Below, in pieces: positions 1 through 8,943 of a DNA stretch of 18,678 nt (position 1 is the stretch's first letter; each line of letters starts with the position of its first letter). This DNA is from Ginkgo biloba (lineage: Eukaryota; Plantae; Ginkgophyta). The position numbers and the translations under genes are program-made. A model generated the notes under the pieces. That model had not been told where the DNA came from. It saw nothing but the letters and a program-made list of their open reading frames with translations, and ran no database searches. The stretch is taken from positions 118,178,826-118,197,503 of the forward strand of contig JANKJI020000004.1 of NCBI GenBank assembly GCA_024626585.2, in the 5' to 3' direction.

Positions 1-1
1 G

Positions 2-552
2 ATGGACCCCTCACTAAAATTTTCATTAGAAAGTGTCCCATATATCATTTTAATCAAAGTTGATGAAAAAAGAAAGGGTCATTTCAACCCTTCCATACAA
101 ATATCGGATGATGCATTAATTACCAAAGAATATGTCTAGTTGATCACTCTCACAAATTAAGAACTAGCTATAAGAGTAGAGGAACGAGAGATCAAATTAA
201 TTCTTCAAGACAATTATGCTTAAAGAGAGTAGACCTCTCTAATTAAAAATATCACCTTGCTATTGAATAGGATTATCAAGATGGATACCTTACCTTGAGA
301 AGAACACCCCACATTATCTGAGGAAGTCCTAGTTAACTTGTAACCTCATGTGCATATGCTCAGATAAAAGGTATCAAATTTGAGAGATTTGACCCCTCTC
401 ACACTAAGTGTAGAAGCTAAAATAACCACTCTAAATACATAGGTGTCTTATCTTAGGGAACAATGTCATTCCTTAGAGAAACAACTCAATCATAAAGAGA
501 GTATCATAGATGAGTTATATATGGAGATTGAGTAAAAGGACTTAGAAATTAA
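2..552 (+). pseudogene. Possible decayed ORF with a coiled-coil-like C-terminal part (unknown; perhaps a retrotransposon accessory ORF)
   Basis: Frame 2 reads MDPSLKFSLESVPYIILIKVDEKRKG...LSVEAKITTLNT*VSYLREQCHSLEKQLNHKESIIDELYMEIE*KDLEI up to the gap. It has 9 stops, each compatible with C>T from CAA/CAG/CGA, and heptad-spaced I/L/V/C residues near the end. No family recognised. Confidence 0.35.
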
Positions 553-1155
553 NNNNNNNNNNNNNNNNNNNNNNNNNNNNNNNNNNNNNNNNNNNNNNNN
601 NNNNNNNNNNNNNNNNNNNNNNNNNNCCTTTAATACTTTTTAAAAGTAAAGCATGTGGCATTTGGGACACCATAATTTCTCCATGCACTACTAAAGATGT
701 TGCAGAGTATATTCAATGTAAAGAAGATAATGGTGCTCTGGTGGTTTAATATTTAGAGTCATGGATATTAAAACTTATTCCAATATTTTTTGTGGAATTA
801 AACCTTTCTTAGTTGAAGTAGATGGTGAATCTTATGAAAGGAAGCCACCCCAACATACCCTTAATTCATTATGTGAAAAGGTTATGGAATATTTCTAGCG
901 AGGTTATATTCTTGTGTTGTTGATGTTATCATTATAGATTATAAATTTATGTATAAGATGTGTTATATCTAGGGAGGATTTATATTTGAGGATATCATAT
1001 GCGAAATGGAATCNNNNNNNNNNNNNNNNNNNNNNNNNNNNNNNNNNNNNNNNNNNNNNNNNNNNNNNNNNNNNNNNNNNNNNNNNNNNNNNNNNNNNNN
1101 NNNNNNNNNNNNNATATAAAATAACATTTAGGCCTTTATTCTCACAACTTTGGAT

Positions 1156-1923
1156 TGTAATATCTTTTTCTCCAAGTCTTATGACTTGTGCATAACATTC
1201 TTTGGATTAATAGAGAGCTTTTATTTTTTTATCCAATTATTTCTTGTAAAGCATATAATTGATCTTGGAATATTTATACAAAGGATGTTCTTTATCTTTT
1301 TGTCCAATCACATGAGTTCATAGAGTATTCTTATGGATGTTTTGCAAGTATTGGTAGTGTTAGAAAGTACATGTGGAGGAATATCTCTAGTTATATGCAT
1401 CAACGTGATAATTTTTGAGGTGAAAGTTTATTTTTTATTGCGTCTTAGGGATATACCATATTTTTTCACCATATAAAATTGTACCATATTTCTTCATGCA
1501 CTAAGTGTGTGCATGAAGGTGGTACCACATATTTAAGCATTTCAAGAGTGTACTCAGATGAAATATTGGCTAAATAACGTGTATAGACGTGGTAGTGAAA
1601 AAATTGGCTATATAGTAGATAGAAGATCTATATAGAAGGACAAAGGGATTTTACTATAGTGTTTAGGAAAATCTAGGGCTAATTACCCTCTTAGTTTGAT
1701 TCTTAATCACTTCTACAATGTGTTTAAAGGTAATTCCTTCATCCTTGTACTAAGTAAGTACATTAAATAAATTAATCTTATATCCTGAGTGTCTTAAAAA
1801 ATTATGAGAACTATATGTATTCATTTCTATTATCATGTCTTATGTTGTTAATACATTCCTTAGTATAGTACCTAATCTTATTAAGAATATAACATCAAAT
1901 TCTTAAAGGATGAGGATATTACA
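1156..1923 (-). mobile_element. Putative Ty3/gypsy-type 3' LTR on the minus strand
   Basis: The minus strand starts TGTAATATCCTC at 1923, directly after a purine tract. A 9-bp inverted counterpart TGTAATATC at 1156-1164 gives TG...CA ends and a length of about 768 bp. The 1156 end is less certain. Confidence 0.5.
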
Positions 1924-1943
1924 CATCCTCTCCACTTATTTTT
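1924..1943 (-). promoter_or_regulatory. Polypurine tract (PPT) preceding the minus-strand LTR
   Basis: The reverse complement reads AAAAATAAGTGGAGAGGATG, immediately followed by TGTAATATCC, which is the canonical PPT/3'-LTR junction layout. Confidence 0.6.
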
Positions 1944-1970
1944 TGTAACTAGCCATTTACCTTTTCTTAC

Positions 1971-2642
1971 TGTTAGAATTCTCTAGAAGTGGCCATTTAT
2001 TATTTTTTGTGAGGTAGATAGTAGGCTAAATTGGACTTAGGATTATTTTTTAATATTAAAATGAAGGTAGATGCAACCACATTTGGAGGTGCATTAAATG
2101 TAGCAAGCCCTTCATTTCCCTATAAATATGTATCAATTTGTGAAGATTCAATAGAAGTTTTCTTCCTCATTTTGTGTCCAAGTTCTGCTTGCTCATCATC
2201 TTTCTCTCATTTCTCTCTTATGATATTGGTTATTTGAGTTTGTGTTATTTTTTCTTATGTTTGGAACTTCATTCCTTTCATGACCCATATTAGTCAGAGA
2301 ATTTAAGATTTTGTTGAAATCCTTAGTTCCTTGGTGTGCGAGGTGTAAATCCTCTTTGACCCTAGCTTGGGCATACCAAAATTTTAGCATTCTTAGAGAT
2401 TTTCTTACTAGTTTCAATATGTTTAAGCCTTTTTTTCATTCTTCTTGTCCTCATTGAGATTTCCTTATAGAGATATGGTGATTCTATTAGGAGATTTTCG
2501 AAGTTGGGAAGCTGATTTGGAGAAGACTCTCTATAATATTTTGTGGCTATATAAGACCATATGCTATTTTTCCTCCTCTAGTTCACTCTTTAAGGAACTC
2601 TTATGGTTTATTCACTGGCATAAAATATTGGAACTTCTAACA
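1971..2642 (+). mobile_element. Putative LTR fragment with TATA box
   Basis: Starts TGTTAGAA (1971) and has an inverted TTCTAACA ending at 2642. CCCTATAAAT near 2118-2127 is followed by a CT-rich tract. There is no TSD (CTTAC vs AAAAT), so the right end is tentative. Confidence 0.4.
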
Positions 2643-2870
2643 AAAATTTTAGACTTGGTCTTTTCATTGTTATATAATCTTTGTTTGGCTCAATTTGGTC
2701 TTCTTACCATTGGAGGTTTATAAAGCATTTTTTGGAACACTGTCATGCTTGGTTTCTATGCCTTTAGANNNNNNNNNNNNNNNNNNNNNNNNNNNNNNNN
2801 NNNNNNNNNNNNNNNNNNNNNNNNNNNNNNNNNNNNNNNNNNNNNNNNNNNNNNNNNNNNNNNNNNNNCT

Positions 2871-3042
2871 ATTCTTGAATATGGCATTTAGGAACTAGTT
2901 GAACTTCCTTCTGACAAAAAGACAATTGAGGTCATTGAGGCTATACATAAAATTCAACTTTGATGGTATTGAGTCTTTAGAGAAAATTCAACTATGATGG
3001 TTTTGGTGTGGTTTTTGAGAAACCCTTGCACCTGTGGCTAGG
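2871..3042 (+). pseudogene. pol: Ty1/copia reverse transcriptase (RVT_2) N-terminal fragment, degenerate
   Basis: With frameshifts it reads ILEYGI*ELVELPSDKKTIEV / LYIKFNFDG / GVVFE / ETLAPVAR. This matches the copia RT consensus N.TWELV.LP..KK.IG.KWVYK.K...DG...G.DF.ETFAPVAR. Confidence 0.8.
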
Positions 3043-3353
3043 TATATTATTGATTTAAAGTCTACATCAGAATATATTTCTACATTTGGTTCTAGTGTGA
3101 TTTATTAATGTAGCTAAATTTATCTATAAATATTTTTGTCTTCCATAAAAGTTGAATTTACGGTGATAGTTACAACTACTTATAAAGAAGTTTGGTGAGA
3201 AATCTTCTTGGTCAATTTTCATGCTTCTATAGGATGAACATATACATTTGTAATTTATAATTTTTGAATAATATAATTATATAAAAAAGAATGTGGATGT
3301 GAACCAAGGGTATNNNNNNNNNNNNNNNNNNNNNNNNNNNNNNNNNNNNNNNT

Positions 3354-3452
3354 CACTTCATTCAAAGTAAGTACAGTGAAAAGCATTTGAGTTAGAGTGT
3401 TGTCTAACTAAGGATCATATTATTGACATTCATATTGAGTTGGGAGATATTT
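3354..3452 (+). pseudogene. pol: Ty1/copia RNase H C-terminal fragment, degenerate
   Basis: Reads HFIQS / VQ*KAFELECCLTKDHIIDIHIEL, matching the copia HFIRE.V....I.LEYC.T.DQ.ADIFTK.L end motif. A PPT and LTR follow. Confidence 0.7.
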
Positions 3453-3501
3453 AATAATTTTAAAGAGCTTATTCTTATGAGATATATTGAATTAAACATT
3501 A

Positions 3502-3509
3502 TGAGGGAG
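3502..3509 (+). promoter_or_regulatory. Copia-type polypurine tract
   Basis: TGAGGGAG lies immediately before TGTTCGAATA, about 50 bp after the RNase H fragment. Confidence 0.7.
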
Positions 3510-4034
3510 TGTTCGAATAATATTTAATTCCTATATTTAATTAGAAATATTATTCTTAACATTTATTTTTTTTAAGGTAGAGATAGGACATACTTGGTTG
3601 GAGTTAACTATCATTAGCGGTAATTATACATTAAATTAGTCTTTTATCATTAGTTCTTAAGGTTTAATCCAATTGTAAATCCTTATCCATATTTCATTGT
3701 TCTCACATAGGTTTTCTCATTTGAATATTATCTCACATGTGTATAACTCTCATTAGTGATGTGTCAACTCCATAACTATGTAAATCCCTTCCTTAGATTC
3801 TTTGCACTTTGTATAATTTTCTTTATTTTCTCCATTATCCTCATGGAAGGAATGAAACCAAGTGAGTTGTGAGAGATATTTATTTTTTTGGAATTTTTCC
3901 TCACACCCATTTTTGTAAGAACCTTGTATTGATGTACTTTCATTTAATACAAAACCTAGTTATGTGTGAAAACTTTATTTGCATGTGAAATGTATCTTTT
4001 CTCCATTTCTAAATTTCTCCTAATTTTTCTAATA
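3510..4034 (+). mobile_element. Copia 3' LTR (about 525 bp)
   Basis: Starts TGTTCGAA after the PPT and ends with the decayed inverted terminus TTCTAATA after a pyrimidine-rich stretch. A TATA-like CTATGTAAAT near 3776-3785 is followed by CT-rich sequence. Confidence 0.6.
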
Positions 4035-4600
4035 AGAATACTAATATATTTATCCTACTATAGGATTATAATTTAAAAAATAACTATAATGCAGTCATTA
4101 ATATAGGTAAAATTCATAGCATTCTTATGGAATATAGGCTTGGGATTCGAGATACTTTCTTGTTAATGTCATAAGAGAAAGGTGATATTAATATTTTCTA
4201 TAAGATGATACTAGGGAATGAAAGGAAGTATTATTAAATAAATATTATTGTAATATTCTTAGGGATGATATGATTAGAGGCACAATGCCAATCAACATAA
4301 GATTTGTAGTCTAGAAGATAATATTCAAATTGGATAATAGGATAAACATTTCCCTCCTTAGATCATATAGGTGCATAAAATAACTTTTAGAGTAACAAAT
4401 GGATGGGCCCTACTCGTATATATTTTTAACAAAGGGTTGAATTTTAGGAAATAGAAGAATTATAGTTTTTATTTGTATTTTAGTGGGTNNNNNNNNNNNN
4501 NNNNNNNNNNNNNNNNNNNNNNNNNNNNNNNNNNNNNNNNNNNNNNNNNNNNNNNNNNNNNNNNNNNNNNNNNNNNNNNNNNNNNNNNTATTATTTAGAA

Positions 4601-5300
4601 TAATATTAGGATGTAATTTCTAACATTGCTCCTTATGGGAATTCTTATGGTAATGCTCAAATTTGACACCCTTCTACGTTGTATGATAAAATTTCCTCTT
4701 ATTTGGAGGTCCTTTCTTCATCGGAGTCTTTCTTCCTTCTGACATAAATGTATTGTGTGCTTAAATGAGTATTTTACTATGCTTCACCTCGACATAAATA
4801 GCCTTCTTGCATGCCTCACCAAGGCTATTCACTTCGAAAAGAATGACTTCCTTATTAATATGATTAGTATCCCATTAAGATATTTCATCATCATATTTTG
4901 GTTAGTTTGGTTAACATTCAATTGTAGGAATTGCTTTCTGAATCCAGTCATGTATTCTTAGAATCATTTCCCTTAGCATTGTCTTAGGTGGTGCCATTAA
5001 AACTCTTTCTCTTCCTCATAACCCATTGGGTAAAATTGATCTTTAACAAGAGTTTTGAACTCCTCCCAATTGACCACTAGTTTCTGCTAGGTGAGGAATA
5101 TTTCTTAGCATAGAATCTCCCACCATAAGAGTTCATATCCTTCCATATTTAGTTGAGAGAAGGAGAATTCCCCCTTATCAAAAAATTCATAATAGTTGAA
5201 ATATGCTTCAATTTGTCTTAACCAATTGTTTACATGTTTTAGGTCCATTTGTCCATCATAACACTAAATCTCCACTTTCACCTCAACCTTGAATGGATTC
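4601..5300 (-). pseudogene. gag: Ty3/gypsy gag (Retrotrans_gag core and decayed zinc knuckle)
   Basis: The minus strand reads NPFKVEVKVEI*CYDGQMDLKHVNNWLRQIEAYF...QLNMEGYELLWWE...VVNWEEFKTLVKDQFYPMGYEEEKEF*WHHLRQ...EYMTGFRKQ...MKYLNG, then a decayed knuckle FEHYHKNSHKEQC*KLHP. Contains stops and frameshifts. Confidence 0.88.
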
Positions 5301-5422
5301 TTAGAGGTGTGAGGCTCTCCTTGATCTCTTTTCAAAATATTTGATTCTAGTTCATTGATGTGGGAGCATTACTATAATACTTTGACAAGGTTCCCATTTT
5401 CTATTTTTTACACAAAGGGCAA

Positions 5423-6162
5423 ACTAACATCATTGGAAAAAATTAACACTAACATCGATTGACTAGCCTCATCAAAGGTGGATATATATATAAAGACTAA
5501 CACCATTAAGACATAACAATGGGTGGTTGACATTGTTGGGAAATGGGTGGATGACACCGACAGGAGATAGGTTTGACTAATACTATTCTAAAACAAGTCC
5601 ATCAATAACATTGGTGGAAAAGCAAGATAAATTGACATTGTTAGTGGAAACCATAGGTGAAGTTGTGTTAGAGGCTGACATTGTCAACAAAGTGATAAAA
5701 GAAGAGATCGACATTGCCAATGAAGAAATAATACAATATAACATCATCAAAAGATTAATAAAGGATGGCCGACACAAGAAACATTTTTGACATCATCAGG
5801 ATAGGAATAATGAGGCTAACATCATTGGTGGAATTTATTTATAAAGGAGTGCACGCTAGAATGCAATGAGCACATGGGAATAGTAAAGTGTTGACTAACG
5901 ATGACATGAGATGGTGACTGACATTGTTAGAGAAGAAGGTTGAATATTGACATCGTTAGTAGATGGAAGGGGATCGACATTGTTGACGAAGATTAGTCAT
6001 AAATTGACACTTTTGGGAAAGATAAAATGGACACTGACATGAGTTAGGGAGAATCAACATTATTGGATGAAAATAAAATGAAATTGACATGATTTTGACA
6101 CCTAAAAATGAATGCCATGGAGGCTTTGTTGGATAGCTTATGTCAGAGGCTGACATCGAGAA
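5423..6162 (+). repeat. Array of about 18-20 decayed copies of a 13-bp palindromic motif (inferred ancestor CCGACATCGTCGG) with purine-rich spacers
   Basis: Copies start near 5423, 5448, 5526, 5604, 5631, 5674, 5707, 5737, 5768, 5786, 5815, 5917, 5946, 5973, 6003, 6033, 6053, 6083 and 6149 (e.g. ACTAACATCATTGG, GTTGACATTGTTGG, ATTGACATCGTTAG, ATCGACATTGTTGA). Further copies occur at 6917, 6936, 7019, 8118, 8302 and 8651. Confidence 0.8.
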
Positions 6163-7710
6163 GAGACCTTAGCGAAGAAAATAGAGGTGGTTTATTTATT
6201 TAAGTACATTCACCCAAGGAAGCTAAGGAAGGCACGTAGAGATAAGAATAGGCTACACAAAGGCACATTTAATACTAGAACTACTAGACGATAGAGGAAG
6301 ATGGAAAATAGAGAAAATAAAACTCTAGAGAGCTATTATTATGCATTTATGATGAAATGCTATTGTAGGTCATTAACAACTAAAATTTGTTGAGGGATTT
6401 GAATTCTTACCAAACATAACTATTGGAACGAAATAAGACGTTGTGCACTAGTCGTTCATGACCATTGAAGTTCTAACATAAAAGCTAGTGAGTAGAGGAA
6501 TAATGAGTTAGACAGTTTAAGGATTGATTATTTTAAGTGTTCGAAGGAAAGAGAGTTCAAGGGTTAGGTGGTTTTGGATGCGTGAGTGTTGAATAGTTAG
6601 CTGGTTGGAGGATTGAGTTGAGAATTCAATCTCTAGAAGGAATTTACCATAGAGTTCAAGTGTCGATTAGATTTTTTAAAGGAGGCAACTCGTGGCCCAG
6701 GGACAGTGGCCCATTCTTTTAGATCTCTTGTATTGCATGTATTGACCTCCGTTAGTGAGGATTAGCCATAGAGGCCATCTATAATATTATTGTAATACTN
6801 NNNNNNNNNNNNNNNNNNNNNNNNNNNNNNNNNNNNNNNNNNNNNNNNNNNNNNNNNNNNNNNNNNNNNNNNNNNNNNNNNNNNNNNNNNNNNNNNNNNA
6901 GGGAGAAGCATAGGATGTTGACATGGGATATGAGGATCGACATTGTCAGATAAGATAAAATTTTTTAATATTGTTGGTGATAGGATGATCAACAACCAAA
7001 ATTATCGAGGGAGTGGTGACCGACACCAATATGAATTTTAACCCCAAGGTGCCTTGATGGAATATAAAAGAGAAATTTTGATTAGTATTTTATCAAGAGG
7101 CCATGTTGGAGGCCCGTGTCAGACAGCTAGACTTAGTGAATTTATCTTATCACTCACCAACTATGCACCTATCAAAATTAATATGGAAGAAGGATGATGA
7201 GGGATTCATGTAGGAAATTGAGTGTTGGTACCCAAAATTATTAATAATATATCTACTAGGTGGCTAAATTTGATGGAAAAGGCATGATTGAGGGAGTTGT
7301 GTCCATACTTGAGTTATGAATTTTTTGATAATGCATTAAGAGCATTCATCAACTGAGATCATAGAGGAAGTGAATCTTCATAAAGAAGCTATCAAAAGCA
7401 TGAGAATAAAGACCCAAAGAGAGGAGAATAAGGATTTTTTTTCATTATTTTTAGAAGCAAGGGAGGTTACTTTCAATTTTATTTTTATTATTTCTTTAAG
7501 AATGAGTTCTAGTGCATGTGGTTGAGTAATTAAATTGTTGGTTGTGTGTAGGCTACTAAGAAAGAAGCAGTTGATGAAGGAGTAGATTGAGGATTGAACT
7601 AATAAGATCACTAAGTGAAGGTGTAGAGAACTCTATCTATATTTTTTNNNNNNNNNNNATAATCATAGAAGCACTGATGGAGGAAGTCAATGAAGGCCTA
7701 GTTAACTCTG

Positions 7711-7862
7711 CCCATAATTTTGGTGTCTTGATACACCTATAGACTAATAGAATCACTAATTGAGATAGTTATTAGAGGAGACATGAATTTTTCCCATAAT
7801 TTTGGTGTTTTGACACACCTGCAGACTAACAAATTTTTTAATGGAGGTAGTCAGTAGGGAGG
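7711..7862 (+). repeat. Two-copy tandem repeat, period 82 bp
   Basis: CCCATAATTTTGGTGTCTTGATACACCTATAGACTAATA (7711) aligns with CCCATAATTTTGGTGTTTTGACACACCTGCAGACTAACA (7793). Similarity continues into the GAGRTAGTY..TAG.GGAG tails. Confidence 0.85.
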
Positions 7863-8845
7863 TGTTAATATTCAGACTATTATTAGTGTATGAAATAACT
7901 ACAAACCAATAGAAGTGATGATAGAGGTAGTTGGTGAAGGCATTGAGATTCCACCAGATTATTGCAATAGTAGAGGAGGCATTGAGGAGTCCACTAATGT
8001 GACATTATGAGTGCTAAATCAAGGAAAGAGGACTTTGTCGACAAAGGTTATTTTTAGGCTTAGATTATATAGTTCTATTTTTTGTCTTAACATATATTCT
8101 CAATGTTGTAATGCCCGCCGACATATAAACTAAGTCACCAAGTCTTTTGTAAATCTTAATGCTTCCTTTGGTTATTTATTTAATGTACCTAATGTTTTAT
8201 TCTCCATGAGGGTTTCTCTAGTTAAAAAGGTTGTGTCATGTTCTTTGATGTGATTTTTGGATATTTTTCCATGAAGTAATTTATAGTCATATTACAGATT
8301 CACCGACATCANNNNNNNNNNNNNNNNNNNNNNNNNNNNNNNNNNNNNNNNNNNNNNNNNNNNNNNNNNNNNNNNNNNNNNNNNNNNNNNNNNNNNNNNN
8401 NNNNNNNNNNNTGGGATTTTGTTATAAAGGTGATGCATGCTTATTTTGGGTGGAGACCCCTATTTGATTAATAATAATTTGGAGTTTTATTCCCCAAGAG
8501 GGTTTCTCCAGTTAAAATGTCATGTGTTCTGAGTGTGCAATTACCTTATGCATGTGTTGTTCCATCTGAATTACTTTCATGAGATTATGTTTGAGATCTA
8601 CTTTCCTGTGGGTTTTTGGTGGTGTATTCACCAATATAGCAAGCTAAGTCACTGACATCATCAGTAAGTGCCTTTCTTAAAAGATCTTGGTAGGTAAGAA
8701 GGCATTGACTTTCTAGTAGAGAAGATGATAGCATGGAAGTTGGCATCGGCCAAGCGAGAACCGATTGTTATCGCTTGGAGTTCATCGACGTTGGTTAGTG
8801 AATGACAAGACTTTTATCATCGTCCTCTCCTCCATTCCCTTTTAG

Positions 8846-8856
8846 TGGCATCAGAG
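8846..8856 (+). promoter_or_regulatory. Primer binding site (tRNA-iMet type, one mismatch)
   Basis: TGGCATCAGAG versus the canonical TGGTATCAGAGC, located about 90 bp upstream of the gag ATG. Confidence 0.7.
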
Positions 8857-8943
8857 ATCAGTTGTAGAATAAAGTATCAATATTTTTAGAGCACAGAGTG
8901 TGGCGATCAGTGACATAGTATATCAGTTGAGTTTACCACCCTA

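Larger units (their letters stand above)
5423..8844 (+). mobile_element. LTR / LTR-like non-coding sequence upstream of the CRM-type gag, probably pieces of more than one copy across gaps
   Basis: Non-coding, with the CCGAC-derived motif throughout. The block GAGGGTTTCTCYAGTTAAAA occurs twice (about 8208 and 8498). The region ends at TTTA (probable decayed TTCA) just before a PBS. No clear 5' TG terminus was found. Confidence 0.55.

Noticed and set aside
640-898. Protein-like fragments KSKACGIWDTIISPCTTKDVAEYIQCKEDNG and DIKTYSNIFCGIKPFLVEVDGESYERKPPQHTLNSLCEKVMEYF
   Set aside because: Short, in different frames and with no recognisable motif. They cannot be distinguished from chance without a homology search.
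986-1195. ORFs containing X runs (also 2695, 6762, 10043, 13323, 14454, 15946)
   Set aside because: They reach the length threshold only by reading through N gaps.
2031-2723. ORF-track ORFs 2031-2237, 2196-2417 and 2445-2723
   Set aside because: Short, compositionally biased translations of LTR-like DNA, with no domain motifs.
4100-4420. Faint gypsy integrase-like words (IHSIL..YR, QIG, KWMGP)
   Set aside because: They need several frameshifts and the intervening sequence does not fit, so the evidence is too weak to call.
4755-4961. Plus-strand 68-aa ORF (likewise 9098-9286, 11085-11318, 11379-11582, 14773-15066 and 16408-16650 on the minus strand)
   Set aside because: These are antisense shadows of recognised gag, LINE or integrase reading frames.
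5583-6156. Minus-strand ORFs with repeated MS/TMS
   Set aside because: By-product of the GACAT motif array, which reads ATGTC on the reverse strand.
5423-6162. CRISPR-like appearance (short palindromic repeats with unique spacers)
   Set aside because: The repeats are only 13 bp and highly degenerate, and the spacers are short, uneven and uniformly purine-rich. There are no cas genes, and the context is a plant retrotransposon.
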